Assembly: GCA_046260395.1 (NCBI GenBank)
Contig: JBHEPH010000006.1
Coordinates: 10,236 to 74,235 of the forward strand
Direction: 5' to 3'
From: Gemmatimonadales bacterium
Lineage (GTDB): Bacteria > Gemmatimonadota > Gemmatimonadetes > Gemmatimonadales > GWC2-71-9
Length of the DNA stretch: 64,000 nucleotides
A model generated the notes under the pieces. The model did not search any database and had not been told where the DNA came from. It worked only from the letters and a program-made list of their open reading frames with translations. The translations under genes and the position numbers were made by a program. This document shows positions 51,661-58,873 of this stretch, in pieces. How positions within the stretch are numbered: the first letter of the stretch is position 1; every line of letters begins with the position of its first letter.

Positions 51661-52215
51661 ATGGTCGCCCCACGCCTGCACCCCTGGCATGACATCCCGA
51701 CCGGGCCAGACGTGCCGTCGGTCGTCACGACGGTGGTGGAAATCCCCCGCTACGAACGTAACAAGTATGAGCTCGACAAGGTGCTGGGTCTGTACCGACT
51801 CGACCGGGTCCTCTACAGCGCCGTCCATTACCCTGGGGACTACGGGTTCCTGCCCCGGACCCTCGGGGAGGACAGCGACCCGCTCGACGTCGTGGTGATC
51901 CTGACCCGGCCCACCTTTACCGGCTGCCTGGTGGACGTCCGGCCCGTGGGGGTGTTCCGCCTGGTCGACCGGGGCGAGAATGACGAGAAGATCATCTCGG
52001 TGCCGCTCAACGATCCGTACAGCGAATCGATCACGGACCTCGGTGATGTCCCCCCGCACCTGCTGCGGGAGGTGGAGCACTTCTTCTCGATCTACAAGGA
52101 CCTGGAGGGCACGGGAGGGGTCGAGTCGCACGGCTTTGAGGATCGCACGGCCGCGCATCGGATCATCATCGAGGGCATCAATCGCTACCAGGAGGCATTC
52201 CCCTCCCCCGCCTGA
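51661..52215 (+). CDS. ppa: inorganic pyrophosphatase (family I)
   Basis: Track ORF 51403..52215, trimmed to the ATG at 51661 (MVAPRLHPWHDIPTGP...EIPRYERNKYELD...YPGDYGFLPRTLGEDSDPLDV...). Confidence 0.9.
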   Translation: MVAPRLHPWHDIPTGPDVPSVVTTVVEIPRYERNKYELDKVLGLYRLDRVLYSAVHYPGDYGFLPRTLGEDSDPLDVVVILTRPTFTGCLVDVRPVGVFRLVDRGENDEKIISVPLNDPYSESITDLGDVPPHLLREVEHFFSIYKDLEGTGGVESHGFEDRTAAHRIIIEGINRYQEAFPSPA

Positions 52216-52224
52216 CGGCTACCG

Positions 52225-52848
52225 CTAGCGCCGATCGCGATCCTGCATCGCGACCGGCGGGCCGAGCACCTCGCGCCAGATCATGGCCTGCCGCAGCCGC
52301 AACTGCCGCGCGTCAGGCGGGGTGGCCGGTTCCACCGACGGTACGGGCGCCCGGATCCGGGCATCGAACTTCAGGTGATCGGCCTTGGTCAGTGCCCGAT
52401 TGCGATCCTCCGCGTAGGCCACGCGCCTGGCCTGGAGTGCCTCCTGATCGCCACCGAGCACCACGACCTCACGCTCAGGGCGATGGAAATCGTCCTCCAT
52501 GCTGCGCACTTCGGGCTCGAAGTCCTCGAGCGATCGGGACTCCGCCTCCTCGACCTCCCACTCCTCTCCTGCATCCCAGCTGGGTTTGGTGTCGGGTGCG
52601 GGCTGGCGCTGCTGCTCCGCCTCCTCCAGGGCCCGCTGGAACTCGCGCATAACCCGCTCGAGCCTGCTCCCCTCCTGCTGCGTGGGGTCGACTCCCGCCT
52701 CCGTGCGCACCGGGGGGAGCGGTGTGGGCGCTGTCGCGCCCGCACGGGTGCGTCGTTGGTCGCGCCGCTGCTTTCCGCGCTTGCTGGAGGTCAGGAGGCC
52801 GAAGAGCCACCAGACCACCAGCAGGACAAAAAGCGGACTGATTTCCAT
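52225..52848 (-). CDS. hypothetical membrane-anchored, highly charged protein (third gene of the nfeD-floA unit)
   Basis: 207-aa ORF with one N-terminal transmembrane segment (ISPLFVLLVVWWLFGLL). The remainder is rich in Glu, Arg, Gln and Pro. The ATG lies 4 nt after the floA stop. No family recognised. Confidence 0.55.
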   Translation of the reverse strand: MEISPLFVLLVVWWLFGLLTSSKRGKQRRDQRRTRAGATAPTPLPPVRTEAGVDPTQQEGSRLERVMREFQRALEEAEQQRQPAPDTKPSWDAGEEWEVEEAESRSLEDFEPEVRSMEDDFHRPEREVVVLGGDQEALQARRVAYAEDRNRALTKADHLKFDARIRAPVPSVEPATPPDARQLRLRQAMIWREVLGPPVAMQDRDRR

Positions 52849-52851
52849 CGA

Positions 52852-53853
52852 TCAGATCTGCGGCGTGGAGGACGGGTTGTCACCCTCGCCTGCGATCGAC
52901 TTCCGCATGTCGGTGTCGGCCTCGATGTTCCGATACCGCTGGTAGTCCATCACGCCAAGGTTGCCAGCCCGGAACGCCTCGGCGATGGCGCGTGGAATCT
53001 CCGCCTCGGCGGCAATCAGCTTGGCGCGCTGGCTTTGGGTTTCGGCCTTGTACTCCTGTTCCATGGCCACGGCGAGCGCACGTCGCTCCTCCGCCTTGGC
53101 CTGGGCGATCCGCTTGTCGGCCTCGGCCTGGTCGGTCTGCAGCTCGGCGCCGATGTTCTTGCCGACGTCCACGTCGGCGATGTCAATGGAGAGGATTTCG
53201 AACGCCGTGCCGGCATCCAGTCCCTTGGCCAGCACCGTCTTGGAGATCATGTCCGGGTTTTCCAGCACGGCCTTGTGGCCGACAGCCGAGCCGATGGTGC
53301 TGACGATGCCCTCGCCCACGCGCGCCAGGATCGTCTCCTCGCCGGCACCACCGACCAGGCGGTTGACGTTGGCGCGCACCGTCACGCGCGCCAGGGCGAG
53401 CAGCTGGATGCCATCCTTGGCCATCGCCGCCACCTTCGGCGTGGTGATGACTTTCGGGTTGACACTGACCTGCACCGCCTCGAAGACGTCGCGGCCGGCG
53501 AGATCGATCGCCGTGGCCTGGCGGAAGTCCAGCGGAATGCCGGCCTTGTCCGCTGAGATGAGGGCGTTGACGACCCGCTGGACATTGCCACCCGAAAGGA
53601 AGTGGGCCTCGAGTGCGTTGATGTTGAGCGACAGACCGGCCTTCGTGGCCGTGATCAACGGATCCACGATCCGAGTCGGGTCCACCTTCCGGAAGCGCAT
53701 CCCGAAGAGCGTCAGGAAACTGACCCGGACCCCGCTGGCCCAGGCCCGGATCCAGAGGCCGACGGGGATGAAGCGGAAGAAGATGACAAGGACGAGAATC
53801 CCAAGAAAGATCATGCCCAGCACGAGGGCGGGACCCAGATCATCTACCGGCAC
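52852..53853 (-). CDS. floA: flotillin-like protein FloA (YqfA/UPF0365)
   Basis: 333-aa ORF. The region ...[26 protein letters not shown]...[59 protein letters not shown] closely parallels B. subtilis FloA as I remember it. Confidence 0.85.
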   Translation of the reverse strand: MPVDDLGPALVLGMIFLGILVLVIFFRFIPVGLWIRAWASGVRVSFLTLFGMRFRKVDPTRIVDPLITATKAGLSLNINALEAHFLSGGNVQRVVNALISADKAGIPLDFRQATAIDLAGRDVFEAVQVSVNPKVITTPKVAAMAKDGIQLLALARVTVRANVNRLVGGAGEETILARVGEGIVSTIGSAVGHKAVLENPDMISKTVLAKGLDAGTAFEILSIDIADVDVGKNIGAELQTDQAEADKRIAQAKAEERRALAVAMEQEYKAETQSQRAKLIAAEAEIPRAIAEAFRAGNLGVMDYQRYRNIEADTDMRKSIAGEGDNPSSTPQI

Positions 53854-53899
53854 GTTTGCTCCTGGCCAAGGTCATGGAGTGCTGCAGCCGGCGCCGCGA

Positions 53900-55213
53900 C
53901 TACGCGGGCCGGACGATATGGCGATACCCCTCCGAGCGGACGACCGTCACCGCGGCGCCAGCCTTCACAAAATCCCCTTCGGTCACGACATCCACGCGCT
54001 CTCCGTCAATCACCGCGGTCCCGCTGGGCCGGAGGTCGGTCAAGGCGGCCCCGAGTTTTCCGACCAGATCACCACGCACCGCGGCGGACACGTACCCCTC
54101 GCTGGCGTGCGTCGCAGACTTCAGGAACAGCCCCGTGAACCGGGTACTGTTCGGCAGGTGACGGAACCACGCGATGAATACCGCCGCCGAAATGATGAGG
54201 CTCGCGCCGAGGATGGCACCGGCCTGAAGGAAATCGGTCATGGTGGGGAGGTTTCCGACGAGGGCCATGATGACGCTGGCACCGACCAGCAGCACGCCGA
54301 GGATTCCGGCCACGCCGAATCCCGGCAGCAGGAGCACTTCGACCGCGATGGCCACCGCGCCCAACCCGAGCATCAGGAGGACTTCCCAGCCGGCGAGCCC
54401 CAGAATCAGGTGTGAACCGAAGAACGCTCCCAGGGACGCCAGGCTCACCAGGCCGCCAAGCCCGAAGGCACCGCTCTTGATCTCGAACACCAGGCCAAGC
54501 ATGCCCAGCGAGAGGAGCAGCGGACTCACCAGCGGGCTGGTCAGGAAGCGCACCACGTATTCCGCCCAGTTGACCGGCACCTCCACGACGGTCGCGCCAT
54601 CGAGCCCGACCTCGGTCAGCAGCCCGGCCAACGTCTCGACGCGCCCCTTGGCAAAGCCCAGTTCCAGCGCCTCGGAGGAGCTCAGGGTCAGGAGCTGCCC
54701 GGCCGGCTTGACCCCCGGGATGTCGATCGATTCATCAACCATTCCCTCCGCCAGGCGGGGATCGATGTCGTTGGCTTCCGCGAGCGACCGGAAAGCGGCC
54801 CGCATGGCGGAAACGATCTTCTCCGGCGCCTTGGTGCCCTGCCCATCCACGGGGGTCGCGGCGCCGATCACGCCGATCGGACTGATGTAGATTCCGCCAC
54901 TGGCGGCCAGCGCCACCATGGCTCCCGCACTGTAGGCCCGGGAATTCACGAACGCATACACGGGCAGCTCGGCGCCACGGATCGCGTCCACGATCCGCTC
55001 CGCGGCGTCCACCCGCCCGCCCGGTGTGTCAATGTCCAGGACGACCGCATCCGCTCCGGCCTCGCGCGCCACGACCAGGGCCCGGGCCACGTAGGGGGCC
55101 AGTCCCATCTCGATGGTCCCGCTGACGGGAATCCGATAGACCACCGGCGCCTGCGCGGCGGCAGGCGCGGCCGACATCGCCATTCCCAGGATTGTGATGA
55201 ACCGGTGAATCAT
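53900..55213 (-). CDS. nfeD: NfeD-family membrane-bound ClpP-class serine protease
   Basis: Track ORF 53900..55303, trimmed to the ATG at 55213, which follows GGAGGG (MIHRFITILGMAMSAAPAAAQA). It has a ClpP-like domain (VLDIDTPGGRVDAAERIV...SAGAMVALA), multiple transmembrane segments, and a C-terminal OB-like NfeD domain. The position upstream of floA is the expected one. Confidence 0.85.
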   Translation of the reverse strand: MIHRFITILGMAMSAAPAAAQAPVVYRIPVSGTIEMGLAPYVARALVVAREAGADAVVLDIDTPGGRVDAAERIVDAIRGAELPVYAFVNSRAYSAGAMVALAASGGIYISPIGVIGAATPVDGQGTKAPEKIVSAMRAAFRSLAEANDIDPRLAEGMVDESIDIPGVKPAGQLLTLSSSEALELGFAKGRVETLAGLLTEVGLDGATVVEVPVNWAEYVVRFLTSPLVSPLLLSLGMLGLVFEIKSGAFGLGGLVSLASLGAFFGSHLILGLAGWEVLLMLGLGAVAIAVEVLLLPGFGVAGILGVLLVGASVIMALVGNLPTMTDFLQAGAILGASLIISAAVFIAWFRHLPNSTRFTGLFLKSATHASEGYVSAAVRGDLVGKLGAALTDLRPSGTAVIDGERVDVVTEGDFVKAGAAVTVVRSEGYRHIVRPA

Positions 55214-55280
55214 CCTGCACCCTCCACGATTGCTGCTGTCATAAGCTAACGCTGCCGGAACCTTCCGACCATCCATACGA

Positions 55281-55312
55281 GAGCGGGGGCTGGCTTGTGC
55301 CAACCCCCGCTC
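55281..55312 (-). terminator. strong GC hairpin between the ECF-sigma operon and nfeD (terminator candidate, no U-tract)
   Basis: The minus strand reads GAGCGGGGGTTGGC-acaa-GCCAGCCCCCGCTC, a 14-bp stem with one G-U pair, starting ~30 nt after the LTXXQ gene stop. Confidence 0.45.
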
Positions 55313-55341
55313 CGGCTTGAAGTTCCCGATGTCGACCGGGC

Positions 55342-55890
55342 CTAGGTGCTCCCGCCGGGCGGGGTCATCGGACCGCGTTGCATCCGCAGCTCCTGGGCAC
55401 GCGCCCGGAGGCGGTCCCGCAGCAAGACATACTGGGCCTGCTGCACCGGGGTGAGTACCGTTGCGAGTTCCCGGATCTCCTCCCCGGCGGCCTGCGCCAC
55501 CTCCACGCGAAGCGAGGTCAGCCGGTCCAGCAGGCGGACGACACTGTCAGTCTGGGCCGCCACGCCGGGGCGAAGCTGGTGCCGAAGTGCCTGCTGCACC
55601 CCACGTTCCTGCCCCTCGAGCTGCCTCAGCCGAGTGGCCGAGGCCGTAAGAATGCGGCGGACCCGGACCATCTGCTCGTCATTGAGCACAAGTTCCTGCT
55701 GGACCTGGGCAGCGAACCGCTCCTCGATCATGCGGAGGAGTTGCCTCTCCCGCTCGCCGCGTTCGCCCGGCATGGCCCGCCGTGCCGGATCCTGGGCCTG
55801 GGCGTTCGCCGCGCCCGCCACGGTGGCGGTCAGGGCCGCCGAGAGCATCAGCGTACGGACCAGGGTCACGATCAACGTGTGGCGCATCAT
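55342..55890 (-). CDS. periplasmic LTXXQ-motif (Spy/CpxP-like) protein
   Basis: 182-aa ORF with a signal peptide (…LMLSAALTATVAGAANAQAQ) and a helical region carrying LNDEQ and LTPVQQAQ motifs. Its ATG overlaps the anti-sigma stop. Confidence 0.65.
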   Translation of the reverse strand: MMRHTLIVTLVRTLMLSAALTATVAGAANAQAQDPARRAMPGERGERERQLLRMIEERFAAQVQQELVLNDEQMVRVRRILTASATRLRQLEGQERGVQQALRHQLRPGVAAQTDSVVRLLDRLTSLRVEVAQAAGEEIRELATVLTPVQQAQYVLLRDRLRARAQELRMQRGPMTPPGGST

Positions 55891-56405
55891 CCCTCCATCA
55901 GGCGGAGCAGCGATTCCAGTTCCGAATCGCTGAGGTCCCCCAGCGATTCGGCGGCATCCAGCGGGCGCAGCGGGTCCGCCTCGGCACCCGTGAACCCCGC
56001 CACCAACGACTCCAGCTCAGTCTCATCCAGATCGTCCAGTTCGGGGAGCACGGCGACATGCGCAATCGGCTCGTCCTGCACCTCGGTGACTGGCCAGCCG
56101 AACCACACGGCGCTGAGGAGGGCCGCGGCGGCGGCAAGCGGCAGCAGCGCCCGGCGGATCCACGGCCGGCCCGGGGCGGCCACGATGGGCGGCTCGCGCA
56201 GCCGTGCCGCCACCCGCTCCGCGACCTGATCGGCATCGACCCGGGAGGCCGCGCCGCGCCCCAGCGCCACGGCAGCACCCACCAGACGCCACTCGGCTCC
56301 GCAATCCTCGCAGGCCAGGAGATGCGCGGCCTCATCGGCCGTCCAGCGGGACGCCTGCCGCGCAACCTCAGGCATCCGGTCAGAGAGGTGATGGCACGGG
56401 TTCAT
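55887..56405 (-). CDS. zf-HC2 anti-sigma factor, single-pass membrane protein
   Basis: The C-terminal 172 codons of track ORF 55887..56717, starting at the ATG at 56405 (ATGA overlap with the sigma stop). It has an H-x3-C-x2-C motif (AHLLACEDCG), a transmembrane segment LLPLAAAAALLSAVWFGW, and an acidic periplasmic tail with two LxxxELESL repeats. Confidence 0.75.
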   Translation of the reverse strand: MNPCHHLSDRMPEVARQASRWTADEAAHLLACEDCGAEWRLVGAAVALGRGAASRVDADQVAERVAARLREPPIVAAPGRPWIRRALLPLAAAAALLSAVWFGWPVTEVQDEPIAHVAVLPELDDLDETELESLVAGFTGAEADPLRPLDAAESLGDLSDSELESLLRLMEG

Positions 56406-56956
56406 TGCATGGCCTCCTTCAGCCGCTTCACTGCATGATGGTAGTGCACACGAGCCGCGCCCGGAGTCGTCCCCAGCGCCTCGGCGATCTCTTCGTAAGC
56501 CAGCCCTTGTTGCGCCCGCAGGAGGAAAACCTCCCGCTGCTTCGGGGGCAGATGCGCCAGTGCCGCGTGGAGCCGATCCTCGGCCTCCGACGCCTCCGCC
56601 TCTCCCCCCGGGTCGGCGGCGTCTACCAGGTCCCGATTCTCGAGCGAGAGCACCACCCGGTTCCGCCCCCGGCGGTAATGATCCCGAGCGGCGTTGGCCC
56701 CGATCCGGTACAGCCACGACCGGAAGCTCGAGTCGCCCCGGAAGCTGCCCGCGGAGCGGAAGGCCCGAAAAAAGGCCTCCTGGAGCAGGTCATCGACGTC
56801 GGCCGACGGAGCACCGAGCCCGTAGAGATACCGTGCCAGCCCGGCGGAGTGTCGCCGCACGAGCTCACTGGCGGCGCCCTCATCGCCTGCCTGATAGGCA
56901 GTGACGAGCGCCTCGTCTCCCCTGGGGGCCACCGGTTCGATCGACAAGACTCGCAT
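56402..56956 (-). CDS. ECF (sigma-70 family group 4) RNA polymerase sigma factor
   Basis: Track ORF 56402..57205, trimmed to the ATG at 56956 (MRVLSIEPVAPRGDEALVTAYQAGDEGAASELVRRH...). Region 2 (DLLQEAFFRAF...SWLYRIGANAARDHYRR) and region 4 (LPPKQREVFLLRAQQGLAYEEIAEALGTTPGAARVHYHHAVKRL) are both present. Confidence 0.9.
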   Translation of the reverse strand: MRVLSIEPVAPRGDEALVTAYQAGDEGAASELVRRHSAGLARYLYGLGAPSADVDDLLQEAFFRAFRSAGSFRGDSSFRSWLYRIGANAARDHYRRGRNRVVLSLENRDLVDAADPGGEAEASEAEDRLHAALAHLPPKQREVFLLRAQQGLAYEEIAEALGTTPGAARVHYHHAVKRLKEAMQ

Positions 56957-57120
56957 CGCTATTGGTTCAGTACGTCGCTGGTGCGTGGATGTTAAGGGTA
57001 CGGCAAGCCCACAGGCGGGGCTAGCACCAGGCGCCTGAAGGCTTCGGGCGGCCTCGGAGCGCCCCACAGGGGAATTAAGGAAATGGCTGTAGCGGGACCG
57101 CCTCAAGAACCACTGGCTGA

Positions 57121-57300
57121 AATGGCCGGAAATCAAAGTGTTGAAAACGTGAAACAAGGCAGTATGGATACTGTTGACAAGATCTATTAACAGCAATGAA
57201 AACAAGCGCTTAGAATATCATGTTTCACGTGATGTGTTAATAATAACCGATCGTGATCAATACAAATGTTGGTAACCATTAAGAGGTTCTCGCACTTCGT
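57121..57300. other. AT-rich island (~35-38% G+C by hand count) inside the 570-bp sigma/M16 divergent intergenic region
   Basis: Hand counts in 60-nt blocks give 23/60, 20/60 and 23/60 G+C for 57121-57300, against 35-36/60 in the flanking blocks and a visibly higher level in the coding sequence. The island contains TTGACA (57174-57179), TAGAAT (57211-57216) and several short palindromes. No convincing CDS. Confidence 0.6.
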
Positions 57301-57532
57301 GGACCACCGATGGCAGCAGCAGCATAGTGGCCCTCCAAGGAGCCAAAGTCGTGGAAACACCCCCGCCAGAGCTGTGTGATACCAAGCGGATCGATCGTCC
57401 CAATGGGCTGTCAGAGGCTCCTGGAGCGCCATCCGACTAGATTTCCTCCGGAGAACCCGGGAAACCACTGCCCAGAACCCTTCGTATGGCCCCTCAGGGC
57501 CCCAATCTGACCCCCTTACTCGCAGGTTGCCC

Positions 57533-58873
57533 ATGCGTACCAGCTTCTTGGCTTCCTCCCTGGTCCTCCTCACCGCCAGCCACGCCTTGGCACAGGACCC
57601 GGGGAGGATCCGGTATGAGCGCTATTCCCTCCCCAACGGTCTCAGGGTCCTACTGGCGCCGGACACCACCGTCCAGGTGGTAACAGTCAACGTCTGGTAT
57701 GACGTTGGGGCGCGCAACGAGCGCCCCGGCCGAACCGGCTTTGCCCACCTCTTCGAGCACATGATGTTCCAGGGCTCCGAAAATGTCGACAAGGCGGAGC
57801 ACTTCCAACTGGTCGAACGGGCCGGTGGCAACTTGAACGGCTCGACCTCCAGTGACCGCACCAACTACTACCAGACCCTGCCGTCCAACCGCCTGAATCT
57901 CGGTCTCTGGCTGGAGGCCGACCGGATGCGATCCCTGGCGGTGACCGAGGAGAATTTCACCAACCAGCGCGAGGCGGTAAAGGAGGAGCGGCGGTTGCGG
58001 ATCGACAACCAGCCCTACGTCGGCGCGTTTCAGCAGGCACTGGTCTCGGTGAATGACTCGACCAGCTGCTTTGCCTACGCCCATGAGACGATCGGGTCCA
58101 TGGCGGACCTCGATGCCGCAACCACCGAGGACGTCAAGGCCTTCTTCGACCTCTACTATGTCCCCAACAACGCCATCCTGACCGTGACCGGGGACTTCCG
58201 CCCAGCGGAGGCCAAGTCCCTCATCGAGGAATACTTCGCCGGCATACCGCGAGGTGAAACGCCCCCTGCGGTGACCTGCGACCAGGCGTTCAACACCGGG
58301 GAGCGTCGTCTCCGGCTTCCCGATGACCAGGCCGCGCTGCCGGCCGTGGTGGTCCTGTTCCGGACGCCCGATGCCAGGCACGCCGATCTCCCAGCCTTGG
58401 AGCTGCTCAACACCATCCTGGGTACGGGCGAGAGCAGCCGGATCAACCAGGCACTGGTCCGGGATGCCCGGGCCGCGGCGGGGGCCCAAGGCCTCTTCAT
58501 CGGCGACCAGCGCGGTCCCGGGGTCCTCGGGGTGCTCGGCATCGCCAACCAGGGCGTCACCGCCGACTCGATTGAATACCTGCTCAAGGTCGAGGTGGCG
58601 CACCTCCTCGACATCGGCGTCTCCGCCGAGGAGTTGGAGAAGGCCAAGAGCCAGTATCGCTCCCAGCAGATCGGCACACGGCTGACCACCATGGGTGTCG
58701 CCGAGGCGCTGCAGAGCGCCAACCTGATCCTCGGCGATCCCGAGGCGGTGAACACTCGCTTTGCGCGGTACATGGCGGTGACCACCGAGGACATCCTCCG
58801 GGTGGCGCGCCAATATCTCCGCGCCGACAACTCGGTCGTCGCCCTCATTGCCCCGCCGGAGGTTACCCCGTGA
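57533..58873 (+). CDS. M16 (pitrilysin-family) zinc peptidase, catalytic subunit, secreted
   Basis: Track ORF 57527..58873. I prefer the ATG at 57533 (MRTSFLASSLVLLTASHALAQ signal peptide). The inverted zinc motif HLFEH is present in FAHLFEHMMFQGSENV. Confidence 0.9.
   Translation: MRTSFLASSLVLLTASHALAQDPGRIRYERYSLPNGLRVLLAPDTTVQVVTVNVWYDVGARNERPGRTGFAHLFEHMMFQGSENVDKAEHFQLVERAGGNLNGSTSSDRTNYYQTLPSNRLNLGLWLEADRMRSLAVTEENFTNQREAVKEERRLRIDNQPYVGAFQQALVSVNDSTSCFAYAHETIGSMADLDAATTEDVKAFFDLYYVPNNAILTVTGDFRPAEAKSLIEEYFAGIPRGETPPAVTCDQAFNTGERRLRLPDDQAALPAVVVLFRTPDARHADLPALELLNTILGTGESSRINQALVRDARAAAGAQGLFIGDQRGPGVLGVLGIANQGVTADSIEYLLKVEVAHLLDIGVSAEELEKAKSQYRSQQIGTRLTTMGVAEALQSANLILGDPEAVNTRFARYMAVTTEDILRVARQYLRADNSVVALIAPPEVTP

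Noticed and set aside
57083-57190. A 35-codon ORF (MAVAGPPQEPLAEMAGNQSVENVKQGSMDTVDKIY) upstream of the M16 peptidase pair. I considered it as a PqqA-like or RiPP precursor, because M16 proteases process some RiPPs.
   Set aside because: There is no radical-SAM enzyme, cyclase or other tailoring enzyme, and no exporter, nearby. The AAGG sits only 2 nt from the ATG, which is poor Shine-Dalgarno spacing. The sequence has no recognisable core-peptide motif. Several equally good tiny ORFs exist in the same AT-rich stretch. It would only be worth revisiting if comparative data show conservation.
57187-57573. A 128-aa minus-strand ORF from the track that crosses the AT-rich island.
   Set aside because: It overlaps the start of the M16 gene in antisense, crosses a sharp compositional boundary, and ends in an implausible Cys/His-rich tail. 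No motifs.
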